DNA from: Lingula anatina
Lineage: Eukaryota > Animalia > Brachiopoda
Direction of reading: 5' to 3'
Assembly: GCA_051362555.1 (NCBI GenBank)
Contig: CM120641.1
Location: 29,518,401 to 29,582,400 of the forward strand
DNA: 64,000 bases
The notes under the pieces are model-generated. The model saw only the letters and a program-made list of their open reading frames with translations. It ran no database searches and was not told the DNA's origin. Position numbers and translations under genes: made by a program. Below are positions 14,321-27,034 of this stretch, one piece after another; the first letter of the stretch is position 1, and every line of letters begins with the position of its first letter.

Positions 14321-15466
14321 TTATGGTTTGCTGGCTGCTCTAAGCTTTGCTGATCTTGACCGAGGATTAAAGGACACTTCCATTTCTGATGGACTGATAG
14401 GCCCATCAATATTTTTCCATCTTTTTTGAGTTAAATGCTTAATTTCTTCCGCATCAAACTCCAGAGGATTCTTCTTAGCCCAGTCTCTGGTACTTTTGTG
14501 CCTCTCTTCATCAACAGCAATTCCTTTGAAATGGAGTTTTACCAGACGATCTTCCAAAGAGTGAAAAGTAATGACTGCACAATGTCCCATTGGCTTCAAA
14601 TAGTACTGTGCTACTTCTAAGCCATTGTATAGCTCATTCAGTTCATCATTCACAAATATTCGTAAAGCCTGAAAAGTCTTTGTTGCCACATGGGCATGTC
14701 TATCTAACTTGTCTAAATTGTGTTTTGGAAAGACGGTGTCTATAATGTCTGCTAACTGTTTGGTTGTTTCTATTTTACCCATAATTTGTCGAGCCTCAAT
14801 TATGGATGTTGCAATCTTCTCAGCAAGTTTTTCCTCCCCATATCTGCTTATTATTTTCTTTAAGTCTTTAAACTCTAAGTAGTTAACTGCATCAGCAGCA
14901 GTGACTGGATCTTGGGCATTCATTCTCATGTCCAGAGGACCATCGTGGGACAAAGAAAACCCTCTGTTAGCTGTATCGAACTGCATAGATGATGCCCCTA
15001 CATCAAATATGAACCCATCTATGCTATTTTCCTTCACACCCAAGTCTCTAAACAGTGCAGGAAGGTCAGTAAACTTGCCGTGCAGAGGTGTTATATCATA
15101 TGGACCTTCTTCTGACATCTCCTTAGCCATTTCATATGCCACAAGGTCTCTGTCTAGTGCAAATATTTTGGCACGAGGAGCCTTCTTCAAAATTTCTTTT
15201 GTATGTCCACCTGCTCCAAATGTCATATCCACATAAATATTGCCATTCACAGGATTTAATCTCTCAATAACTTCCTTTGTCATAACTGGAATGTGAGTGG
15301 ATTTTACAGCTCCAACAATACCTTCCTCTGTGGTATCGGTAGATGTGCAATACATTTTTTTAAGTGCAGACATCCTTACAAATGCATTACAGTATTGGTT
15401 CATGCAAGGTCTTCTCAAAGTTTGCAGAAATATCCCCCAAGCAATAGATTGCTGTGCACCAATCAT
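14321..15466 (-). CDS. METTL15: Mitochondrial 12S rRNA m4C methyltransferase (RsmH/MraW family), 381 aa, single coding exon
   Basis: HIPVM, DMTFGAGGH, ALDRD, DVGASSMQFD..RGFS..DGPLDMRM, TKTFQALRIFVNDEL, ITFHSLEDRLVK, NPRSRSAKLR. An N-terminal extension looks like a mitochondrial presequence. Acceptor at ~15534 and donor at ~16768 imply a 5' UTR intron. Confidence 0.96.
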   Translation of the reverse strand: MIGAQQSIAWGIFLQTLRRPCMNQYCNAFVRMSALKKMYCTSTDTTEEGIVGAVKSTHIPVMTKEVIERLNPVNGNIYVDMTFGAGGHTKEILKKAPRAKIFALDRDLVAYEMAKEMSEEGPYDITPLHGKFTDLPALFRDLGVKENSIDGFIFDVGASSMQFDTANRGFSLSHDGPLDMRMNAQDPVTAADAVNYLEFKDLKKIISRYGEEKLAEKIATSIIEARQIMGKIETTKQLADIIDTVFPKHNLDKLDRHAHVATKTFQALRIFVNDELNELYNGLEVAQYYLKPMGHCAVITFHSLEDRLVKLHFKGIAVDEERHKSTRDWAKKNPLEFDAEEIKHLTQKRWKNIDGPISPSEMEVSFNPRSRSAKLRAASKP

Positions 15467-16319
15467 TTTGATCTCTGTAGACGTTATTCAATATACTTTA
15501 TGACGGAAAATTACTTCAGCTTCTGCAGAAGCCCTATAAATTTAAAAAGCAAAAGAAAATAATGAAATATGTAAATAATTTTGAAAAAGTTACCTCAAAC
15601 TAATATAACCTGCCATTGTATACATTTTGTAGCACTGCCACAGTAAACAACTCCATATGTCTAAATCATTAAAGGATTTTACAGCTTGAACAATACAACA
15701 AGCAAGGAATAGAACCTAGACAAACATGTAACTACAAAAGGAAATAAAAATATCTTTTCCATGTTGCCATTTTAACACTAAAGTCCCCAGTAACAAGCAA
15801 ATATATGTATATAATAATACGGTTAAAGCCTTTAAGGTGAAGGCATGTGATGTCAAAATAGGTATGTCTTGTGATTAAAACATGAATGAAAGCAGCAAAA
15901 CAACTTGAGTTTGGTCAGCAAAGCTTTTTCAAAACATTTATATAAAATAAGTAAATCTGGACAAGGCAATATCCACATGTAACATATTAGTAAATTTCAC
16001 TCAGATTTGTGATACAAAACTTCAAATAATTTATTGTTGTCAATTCTGAAAATAATTTGAACTAAGGTCAATTTCATTTGACATTTATGCACACCTGAGA
16101 CATGCATGTTTTGGAGGGGAATGTACTGGGGGCACAGAGCCTCAGAGGGTAAAATATTTAAGTACATCCCCGCACCATTATTCCCCCACAACGTTACTCA
16201 ACACTGGTAAAAATGCACTTAACATTAATCAATTATTTACAAAAATTACTGTAAATACTGTTTCTGGAAAAACTTCTATCAATCATTCAAATATCAATAA
16301 GTGGGAGTTACGATGCGGG

Positions 16320-16495
16320 TGGTTATTACCTCAAAAAGTTATGGACCGATTTTGATGAAATTTTCAGGAACTGTCAGAAGTGGGCTAGGGAAGAGATGAT
16401 TAGTTTTTGGTGGTGATCCGGATCAATTACCAATCAATAATCAATAATAATAAAATAATGCTGCCTTGGCGGAGATCTGTGCTCTCGGAGAAGTG
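16320..16495 (+). mobile_element. Fragment of a second HINE/Helitron-like non-autonomous family
   Basis: aaaaagttatggaccgattttgatgaaattttcagg...ggtggtgatccggatc...ccttggcggagatctgtgctct resembles a widespread HINE-type core and 3' end; recognised from memory only. Confidence 0.5.
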
Positions 16496-16768
16496 TAGTT
16501 ATCATTATTTTGCTAGGGGGAGTAAATATGCAGGAAAATAATGATGCGGGGGTCTTAAAGTAGAGATGATCCCGCACAGATTACTATTAGATTACTATGT
16601 CTCGCTTAAATCGATGTTTGTAGTACATATAATACATTAAAAAAGTGCCCAATAGATATTTAAGATACACAAACATTGCGTTTGAAACAAAATTTAGTAT
16701 ATTATTTTCGATTTTAAATAGAGAAGATTTCAAAACATTGAAACAACTGGATTTGTGCTTTTACTCAC

Positions 16769-17045
16769 CTTGGGCACTTCATGTGCGCATCCATGTTGAA
16801 AAGACCCGGATAAGACGTAAAATCCTTGCGCCATCGTTCGTAAGTGGAAAATATATAATATAACAAATATCAGTCACATATGCTTCATTGTATGTGGTCA
16901 TTATATCTTGAAGTAAAATCTTTTTTAATGCAGAATTGCAAATTTAAAGCTTACTTGCATGTTAGACATGTTGTAGGGGACCTTTTTTTTTTTAGCACAT
17001 TGGTCTCCAATCGTGATACAGTTGGAATGGTTGACATGGAGTAAG
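16769..17045. promoter_or_regulatory. Probable bidirectional promoter region with first non-coding exons of METTL15 (-) and BTBD9 (+)
   Basis: Minus-strand donor (ttactcac|ct, 16768) and plus-strand donor (AAG|GTAAC, 17046) diverge ~280 bp apart in a locally CpG-richer stretch. Confidence 0.6.
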
Positions 17046-17743
17046 GTAACGTTTACTGTAATCGAAGTGCTCAGTCTCCTTGCTTTTCGTGATTCATTTT
17101 GTGGGGTTTATGTTGATATAGTACGTAATCAGTATTTTAGTATTATTTTTGAAATCACTTAGATCGTGAGGTTATACAGACTGCGTAATTTCGTCGAGGG
17201 TAGGCAGTCACGATGCAGAAGCGAGCGTTGTCAAATGTCATGCTGGCTGTTGACACATTTTTCCGGTGAATGTGTTATCAGCACTGTTCACTAAAATTTT
17301 CTCGACTGATGGTGCCAACTTTTTGAACTCTGAAAAACAATTTTCATGTTACTACTCGGATCTAATGAAAATTTATGTCACCCTAGTTCTGTAACCTGTA
17401 CCCAGTGTACAGTAGGTGTACCAGTTCTGCCAAAATACAGTTAGTTGTTACCATGAAGTACCTCTTTGATAGATCTATATGTGCATGCACATTAGTTTTC
17501 AGTTTTCTTCCTGTCACAAGACAATAAATATATAATAGAGATTCATATGCGTATATTTCAAATATGACCAATGTCTACTTGTATGAGATCTGCTTGAAAA
17601 AAAAAGGTCATTCACGTCTTTGAAATGATTTCATGCTAACTTGATATTATCCATGTTCATATTTTATTCTTGCAGTAAAAAGGTGTAAATGGGGATACTT
17701 CTACTTGAAGCAGTGCTTAAAAAACACTGTGAAATCCACCAAG

Positions 17744-19962
17744 ATGTGTGACCATCGGTTGCTTCGCTCTGGGTCAGCAGGAGAGATTGACCATGTACAG
17801 CATCTGTCTGACAACATTGGAGCACTGTTTGAGAATGCAGATTATCACGATGTTACCATCATTGTGGAACAGCAACATTTTAGTGCACATAAGGTCATCT
17901 TGGCTGCAAGATCAGAATACTTCAGGTAAGTTGTTATCTTTCTGTGTGTTGTGAATCACATAAGACAAAGTAACCTATTATAGTATTTCCTGTCATTTAT
18001 CAGATTAATTAATATGTAATATTTTACTACACTAGTATGTGAACACTTGAGATTAATTTTAAAACAATCATTGATGTTTCATGTTTATTGATAATCTTTC
18101 TTAAATCTTCTATGATTTTACTAAGTTAAAGAAAATAATGGATTCTGTATGTTAAAGGGATAACGGCTGATCTTTTTGGCCAAAAAATGAATTTTCCTGG
18201 AGTAAATGACAATTTTCCCATACTTACTAATGTTTAATGAATCCATTCCAATATTCAAAGTTAGTCCATGTTTGTTTTTTTTTTGTTTTTTTTCTTAAAA
18301 AGTTTGGTTTTTTTGTAATATTCTCTTAATAGATTATTACAGAGTGTAGTAAGCTATGGAGGTCACATGATGTGATGGCAAGCACAAATTCCAGAATAAT
18401 TGCCTTAACTGTCGTTTTAGTGGTAAAAAAGAATTTATATTTCTATCAGTTGTTTACAATGGTTTTATTGTGAAATATGGATATCATACGTACAGTTGTT
18501 ATCCCTTTAAACTAAAGATGGTAAATTTGCAGGACTTCAGAATTTATCCTGTTAATAAAAATTAACAGTCGCTAAAACCATAAATATTAATCAAAACCTA
18601 CTTTTTTCCAGGGCCCTATTGTTTGGTGGAATGAGAGAAAGTAGCTGCAAAGAAATAGAACTGAAGGACACCAGTGCCACAGCTTTTCGGCATTTACTCA
18701 AATACATATACACTGGCAGAGTTAATCTGGGTGAAATGACGGTGAGTAAAATACCAGTTCGTAAAATGGAAGGAAAATGGAAAATTACATACATATTGAA
18801 ATTACAAGGAGTATTTCAATTATATGAGCCCTTTGAAAATAAAAGTAGCATATGAGATATGATTTTTTTTTTTTTTTATATAAATGAGCATGTGCGCAAT
18901 AACTAGCATGGAATACACAAACATCCTAATTGATTCAAATCTAAGCCTTTTAGCTGACATAAGGTTTTCTCACATGAGTAAATGCAACACGACGAGGTTT
19001 TTTAATAACCTTCAAGGGCAATGTTTATTATCATCATAGCAAATGTTTGACATGAGTAATAATACATATTTTTCATCCAGCACTTAAATGAACAAGGCAA
19101 TATTCTACTTCAGGAGGATGTGGTGTTGGATGTACTGGGACTTGCTCACCAGTATGGATTTGTGGAGATGGAAAAGGCAATATCGGAGTACTTAAAGGCT
19201 GTATTAAACACCAAGAATGTGTGCCTGATCTATGACATTGCCAGCATGTACAGCTTGCGAACTTTATCAGACACTTGCTTTCATTACATGGACAGAAATG
19301 CCCAGGACATCATCAACAGTGAAGCCTTTCTTTGTTTATCTGAGGTCAGGAAATGCAGCTTTTTTTTCACCTGTCCCGAATTTTAAAACTGATATTTACT
19401 CGTTCCATATCTATTGAAGTTTTGAACTTGGAACAATTTAAGTTGAACACCAGTTCAGTTAAAACTGTGCCATTTGGCATTTGATAGTAGTTTTAAGTGA
19501 ATGCTTAAATATTAAATGTCAGTGTTATGTTGATATCATTTTAAATATAATGTGGTTATTTGATATTTATGTGTAATTTTATATATACTAAATACATGAT
19601 ATTTTATGGTGTTTTTTATGTTGTTTCAGAGTGCACTATGCGAGATGCTCGCCAGGGACTCATTCTGTGCCCCAGAGGTGGAGATTTTCAATGCAGTTTG
19701 TCTTTGGTATGAAAAGAACCCCAACTGTGATATAGCCAAAATAATGAAAAACATAAGATTGACCTTGATGTCACTGCAAGACCTGTTGAATAAGGTCAGG
19801 CCTAAAGAGTTAGTTTCTGCTGATGCCATTCTAGATGCCATAAAGTTTAAGACAGAAAAAAGGGACATGGAGCTTCACTATAGGGGATTTCTCAGTAAGT
19901 CCTTTTTCAACTTGCGTTGAAAATATTATTCATATTTTCAGTTGTGTGGAAACAACGTGATA

Positions 19963-20036
<74 letters not shown>

Positions 20037-23000
20037 TAAATTAAAGGGTATTATATTTTCAATGAGAAAATTTTCCAAACATGGTATATATTTTTAAAAA
20101 CTTTTCTCATAGTAACCAAGTACAGTAGTCAAATGAGTTTTCTTTTCAGTTTAATGATCTATCATTTGTAATGTATTATGCTTAAGATTATGTTGATCTG
20201 TGGTGATGATAGTATGTGACTGGAAAATCTGATGCCCTTCTTATAGTTAAATGTATACATCTTAGCCAACAGAACAAGTCAACAATTTTGATTTTTTATG
20301 TACAGACACAGATGTGTCTGTACATATTGCTATCACCTGCGTCTGTCGTCGCCGTCGCCGATCATGTCGCCGTCGCCGTGCACTTTCAGCATTAACAACA
20401 TAAGTGGAAGACAGTTTTACTTTTTGGCTTTATATTTACAGAGCTGACTAATATTCATAAAACGCAGGTCAAGTTCGAAAATCAGCATGATCGGGCCATT
20501 ATTGTAGAATTTATGCTGTTTTTTCACTTTTTAGCATATATGCAACACTGTTAACACATTTCAAGGAAAACCGATAGGCCTGTTGTCATGAAACTCACAG
20601 GAGTAATCAGTCTTACTAAAACGCAGATCAAGTTCGAAAATCGGCATGATCGGGCCACTATTTTAGTATTTATGCTGTTTTTTACACTTTTCAGCATATA
20701 TGCAACACTGTTAACACATTTCAAGGAAAACCGATAGGCCTGTTGTCATGAAACTCACAGGAGTAATCAGTCTTACTAAAACGCAGATCAAGTTCGAAAA
20801 TCGGCATGATCGGGCCACTATTTTAGTATTTATGCTGTTTTTTCACATTTCCTCACATTCAGTTTTTAGGCATGTTAACAGTCTCATTATTTAACTAATA
20901 AGATACGTGAAAGTGTTTGTTTGACATTTCCTGCATCTTTACAACATTGTTAGTTGATTTTGTAAAAATGATGGTAACATGTTATTGTGTATTGTGTTAT
21001 AAAGTTTAAAAAATGGAAATAAACTCATATCATTGCAGTTTGTCAGATTCAATCATTCACTATGTTCAGAATCTCAGAATGGAAGAAATTGGACATTTAA
21101 CACTGCTCTATTGATATTTTTCTCATCTCATCAATTTTCTTAGTTGATCATATAAAAATGGCAGTAAACTGTTAATTTTATTTTATGTTAAAAATTGTTA
21201 AAAATGGGGAAAAAAACATTTCAGAACAGTGCTGTCTTGTTTATATTTTGGCATTTTCAAGTTGTGACTTTGAAGTTCCATGGGCCTGAAGACCTTTGCT
21301 AGTCACATTTTCTGAATATCCATGATACTAATATTTTATTATTAAAAATTGATGGTCATTATGCTGTTAAACATTATGTAATATTGCATCAAAATTTGAA
21401 AAAACCTATTTTGGGCACTGCTCCCATGATTACCTTTTAAGAAAAACCATGTCACTTACTGTTCTCAAACTTACAGGAAAGAAACATGGGACTAAAATAC
21501 AGCTTCAGTAGGCAATGCAATCTGCCAGTTAAACAGTTTTTTTGTGAAAATTTAATTTTTCACATATTGGCATTTTCAAGGTGTGACTTTGAAGTTCCAC
21601 AGGCTTGAAGACCCAGGCTAGTCACATTTTCTGAAAATCCATGATACATATATTTTGTTATTAAAAATTGATTGTCATTATGCTGTTAACCATTATGTTA
21701 TATTGCATCAAAATAGAAGAAAACACAATTTTGGGATCTGCTGCCATGATGACCATTATGGGAAAACCATGTTACTAATGATTGCCAAACTTTCAAAAAA
21801 GAAATACAGGACTAAAATGCAGCCTGAGTTGGAAAAGCAGTCTAATTGACTTCTTTTTCTGGAAGTTTTACATTTTCAAAGTGTGAACTTGAACTCCCAT
21901 GGGCCTGAAGCCTTATGCTTGTTTCACATTTTACTTAAATTGGTATTACCTGTTGAGCATAATTAAAATTTGATGTTGAATTTGCAGTTTAACATAATGT
22001 ACTTTTGCATCAGAATTGACAGTAGCCTATTTTGTTATTTCCTGCTTTTTGTCTGTACATTTGACAGCTTTGCTGCCTTGTTTAAAACCAGAATTAATTA
22101 TCTTTTAAAGCTGGTATTGATTATATAAGCTAGAATGAGCCTAGAAAATCCGTTGTTTTACCCATAGGTGTTTTTATCTTATAGCCCTCAATGAGAACAT
22201 TGCCACAATGAGGCATGGAGCCAAGTTGGTCCGAGGTGAGATGAAAGCTGCCCTGTTGGATGGGGACACATTGAACTATGATCTGGACAGAGGGTTCTCC
22301 AGACATCCCATAGATGACACCAATGGTGAACTGGTAGTAGAGTTAGCTCAACCTTCCATCATTAACACAGCAAGACTGCTACTGTGGGACAGAGACATGA
22401 GGTGAGGTGATGAAGATAATGAGTTTATTATAGATTGTAGATCTTATAGTTGAAGTGACATCTTACATTGTTGCCTGGTTTTCAAGGTGATTTTCATTGG
22501 GATTTTTTATTTTAAAAGTTCTGATTGCATAAGAAAGGTGAAAATGTAAGGCAGTTAAAATATTGCTGGTATTATGCATATATTTAACATTGTTACAGAG
22601 ATAACGAGAAATTCTGATATATTTCTGGAATACAATTTAACTGGTACTCTCCACCAACAACTTGACATTGTTTGAAACTTGAAGTGATTGTTTTGTTTTA
22701 TTCTTCCAGGTCTTACTCTTACTACATAGATGTATCTATGGATGACAAGGACTGGGTGAGAGTGGTGGACCACACCAAATATTTATGCAGGTCATGGCAG
22801 AATTTGCACTTTCCGGCAAGGGTTGTAAGGTAATTGCCTTTTTAAGGGATTACGACAGTTACCTCACAGAATCATTATTTTAATGCAATTCATTTCTTTA
22901 GTGGTCAAATGGTCATAACGTAGCCACTGGTCACCCTGAGCTTCAGAGATAACTTGACACTAACCTCTTCACTATTAACCTATCTTCATCGTGTCAAGTT

Positions 23001-25314
23001 ACCTCTGACCACATTCGATTGCCTCCGCCGCCTGCCAATCAAATTTAAAGCCCGCACTCAATGACTCATTGAACGATCTAGCCAATGAACGCGAACGAGT
23101 CAAAAGCGCGCTTTGTTCAAATCCGGACCAATCAAAGATAAGGCTGAATATCAGGGACTTGCCGTAACCTGTGGGCAGCACGCAAAATACATCATCCCTC
23201 AGTAGATAATTATGCAGGGCATCAAACTGCTCTGGTTTCAATTCCGATATACTCCATGCTTTCTTTGTGTACGGTTATGCACTCGGAACTACTCGGATGT
23301 CTCCGCACTCGACAATAACTATGTTGTTAGTATGGAGCTTGCGGAATCAGCCGAGGATTGCCGATTGACGGTCAACCAATCAGCGTTTTCACCAAACTTT
23401 GGTGAAAAATTTTGAAACATGGATTCGATTGGCTTATATAAACTAGGTCAAACTATTTTCGTCAGAGGTAACTTGACACGATGAAGATAGGCTATAGTGA
23501 AGAGGTAAGTGTCAAGTTATCTCTGAAGCTCAGGGTGCCACTGGTACACTAGTGTAATAATGTTCTGTTTATAAATATGACATGAGAAGAATGTTTTTTC
23601 AGTTTCCTGTATTCATTTGCAGGTTTCTCAAGATTGGTGGAACTCACAACACAGTAAACAGGGTTTTTCATGCAGTCGCATTTGAATGTCTGTACAGCAC
23701 AAAACCATTTAGGCTGGAAAGAGGTTTGCTAGGTGAGTACAACATCAAACTATTGACATGCCTTTGACATTAATAGCAGTAACACTTGGTATTGTTTTTA
23801 AAATTCTATTGATTGAGTAATTTAGTACAAGACTGATATTTCATTTTTGAAGGTCATGATTCTTTTTCATCTTAAATATTTAGAGAAGCAAGGTTATTGC
23901 AAAAAATATGGCTTTGGTTAAAATGGTGTGTATTTACAGAGGACATTCACAAAGCCCTTTGAATATTACATAAAAACAAAAACTCTCTTTTTCAGTCCCT
24001 TCTGAAAATGTGGCTACCATTGAAGCCAGTGCCTGTGTGATTGAGGGGGTGAGCAGGAGCCGCAATGCTCTGATCAATGGCGACACCAAGAACTATGACT
24101 GGGACTCGGGGTACACCTGTCACCAGCTTGGGAGTGGTGCAATAGTGGTGCAGCTAGCACAGCCATATATCATAGGGTCTATGAGGTAACTTGGCAATAC
24201 CTGTTTGGCATTCATGGCTCATTTACTTGAAGGAACTTTTTAGATTGATGAAAATTATATTGAATTATATGAAAATAATACTCATCTAGGTAAAATCTTG
24301 TTACTATCTTATAATATTCATTATCATAAAAATGTTATACATTTATAGACATTGGCCGAGGACAGTATGCTGTTATGCAGACCTCAGAAAAGTGATTATA
24401 ACATCGGCAGATTATTCAAAGTTCCAGATAGGATAATACCTTAAATATCTTGAGCATACTCATGGTATTTGGATTTTTTTTTTTCAGAATGTTGCTATGG
24501 GATTGCGATGACCGTAGTTATAGTTACAAGATAGAAGTATCCACTGACCAACAGACTTGGCATACAGTGGCAGACAAAACAAGGGAAAACTGCAAGTAAG
24601 TATATGTGAATATTGGCAGTGTCTACCTTAATATGTTACTCACATACAGACCAAAATACAACTGTTGAGATAAGAAGCCATACAATACTTATAGCATATT
24701 AAGAGATATTTTATTTCTTTCAGGTCATGGCAGACCATAGTTTTTCCACCAAGGCCAGTCACATTTGTCAAGATAGTTGGAGTTCAGAATACAGCAAATG
24801 AGGTATGTAGACAAGATTTGAAAGTCTTATGCCATCATATTAAATTAAATTCAAAAGACCTGGGTTAAGATTTTATTGAATTTAAATAGAAAATTTGTGA
24901 TCAATATACTTAAGTGTTATTCTGGTTTTGGTTTGGGTTTAAAAGAAATATTATAATAAATAATAGTGATGTGTATTGAGATATCTGTGCTATAATCAGG
25001 CTGTGATAAAATAATTTTGTCCAATATGAGTATTTTATGAGGTATTGGTTTTTATATGCAGACAATTCTCCTGTATTCAATATGTTACAGAGACTCATGT
25101 TGCTTTTTTCTTGTAGGTTTTTCATTGTGTTCATTTCGAGTGTCCTTGTGACTCCTTGTCTGTGGCTCGCTATGCCCGGGGTGTGGATGAACCAACCCCC
25201 CGCACCACCTCAACTCCTGAGGGAGCAGCAGCTGGTTCCTCTGCTATGCCGCAGACACCACAGATGCCCCTACCACCCATGACAGAGCAGTCCAGTAATC
25301 CTGACATGACGTAA
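17744..25314 (+). CDS. BTBD9: BTB/POZ domain-containing protein 9 (BTB, BACK, two discoidin-like F5/8C domains); ~609 aa, 11 coding exons
   Basis: In-frame exons 17744-17925, 18612-18741, 19114-19344, 19630-19894, 22185-22401, 22710-22829, 23623-23732, 23996-24185, 24488-24595, 24724-24802, 25117-25314. Motifs: EIDHVQHLS, AHKVILAARSEYFRALLFGG, RDSFCAPEVEIF, ALLDGDTLNYDLDRGFSRHPI, YDWDSGYTCHQLGSG, VFHCVHFECP. Confidence 0.96.
18156..18506. mobile_element. TTAA-flanked MITE, copy 2 (diverged)
   Basis: ttaa|AGGGATAAC...GTTATCCCT|ttaa; the interior aligns by eye to 2597-2933. Confidence 0.8.
19965..20035. repeat. (GT)n microsatellite
   Basis: About 35 GT units, directly visible. Confidence 0.97.
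20293..22081 (+). mobile_element. Helentron-associated interspersed element (HINE/DINE-1-like) with ~160-bp internal tandem repeats
   Basis: 5' hairpin tgtacagacacagatgtgtctgtaca, a (gtc/gcc)n microsatellite, ~160-bp tandem cores (agcatata at 20533 and 20693), 3' subterminal gtctgtacat plus cagctttgctg mini-palindrome, T-rich flanks with no evident TSD. Confidence 0.8.
22932..23537. mobile_element. Non-autonomous TIR DNA transposon (~78-bp TIR, 8-bp TSD) carrying a RecQ helicase fragment; AcademH-like
   Basis: ccactggt|CACCCTGAGCTTCAGAGATAACTTGACAC ... GTGTCAAGTTATCTCTGAAGCTCAGGGTG|ccactggt; the inner minus-strand frame reads KPEQFDALHNYLLRDDVFCVLPTGYGKSLIF. Confidence 0.85.
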
Positions 25315-27034
25315 CAGCATGAAAGACTTGGATAACTACAGGCTTGTATCTAACACAACCTGTGTTCAACAAAAAACAGACATCAATGCAAGTTTAAAGG
25401 GGTGGTGCACTAAAATTAAAGCAGCAATGAGATTGCTGTGAAGACTGAACTCCATGTCAATTATGATTTTTCACGTTGGCAGTGTTACTTGACATTTATT
25501 GGAAATGTTTTGCAGAGTTGATTAGGTTACTTAATCATGGGTCCCAAGCATTAACTATTTATGTTAATTTAATGAAAAGGTTCAAACAGAATTAGAATAA
25601 TACTTGTTTTTTTTTTTATGTTTACACAAAATTGATACATATATATGATTGCTTAAAGGAGTATCATTTGCTTCTGGAATCACTGTAGTATAAGTATTGG
25701 GTAACTGGTATATTCTTCCTTAACGCAATTTTATCTGTTGCCAAAAATCACAAGTGTTATCACTACATCCCTATAACAATTCGCACGTTAAGGCTTAGGG
25801 CAAATTGTAGGTTATTTGTAGGTTAAGCCTTGGATAAACTGTACAGTGGAGTGAGCAACAGTCTTTATATTTGCTGTTATTACAATATATTTGCTACTGA
25901 GTAGCTGTAAAATACATTCGACTTGTACTAAAACTCACTGCTCAATCACATAACTTCTCTCAGATAAATATTATATTCTGATGCAAGATGCTTAAAATAG
26001 AAACATTTGAGTACCTGTTAAACTATTTTAAATAGCGTTGGCAATTTTCTTGTCAAGAATCTTTAACCCACATGAAAAAAAAAAAAACAGTATTATGTAA
26101 GAACTGGGAAGATATTAACTGTAAAGATTGTTACTCAGAGCAGATTTCATAATGTTCATCTGCATGGTTGTGCTTCCACTAAACTTGCCATTCCACTGTT
26201 GCGAGGAACAATTCCTTCTTCTGAAGTAGGACTTTAGTATATGAATATTCATACAAACTTTTTTCAAAGTGATAATGCTTACTTCCTGCTGTGGAAAGTG
26301 CTAAATTTTCATGAGGTAAACATATTCAGTAAGCAGCTTGTTTGATAGAGTACTTTTTTATGTATACTGTAAGGCAAAGATATTTTTATTATTTTGTTGA
26401 TATTGGTAAATTCAGAATTAACATAACTTTGCAATTTGCTCTACTTTCAGTCATTTGAATTCACAAGTGCACTCTTTATTATACCAAAGAAAATGCAATT
26501 TTTTTTTCTTTGTTTTAGATTAATTATTCTTATACATGTATGGTCATAACGATTTGAAATTAACTTTAAAACATTAAACATTGAAATTAGGGGAAATGTT
26601 TTGATTCAATAAATGTGAAATGTTATTTAAAACAGAAAAAATGTTTTGTCTTATAAAATTTGGGTCTGGCTTAAATTAAAGTTCCAATTAAATTTCTGTA
26701 TACAGGCACTATTGTCAGTCTTAGTAATCCTGGGACCTTTGCTGAAGTTTTCCTGCCACAACATCAGAAGGAGGCGAACTTTCCCAACACTCTTCACACA
26801 ATGCAAGAAGCTACAAGAGAGAAACCATTTTCACATCAGTTATGTATCACATTAATCTATACTTTTTCAGATCCATTGCATTAGACATGATTTTACTCTT
26901 AATCACAATTTCACATAACACAGTTTGTTGATCATTATTTAATATTGGAGTCCGTCCAACATACACGTAACCTCACCTTATACTTGACTAATTATAATGA
27001 TTATTTTTTTTCTTTTACCTAGATTCAGAATTTC

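Noticed and set aside
14321-15466. Bacterial rsmH by horizontal transfer or contamination
   Set aside because: N-terminal presequence-like extension, apparent 5' UTR intron and host-like composition fit nuclear METTL15.
22999-23241. Functional nested RecQ gene
   Set aside because: Only the motif 0/I region is present, and it is enclosed by TIRs and a TSD.
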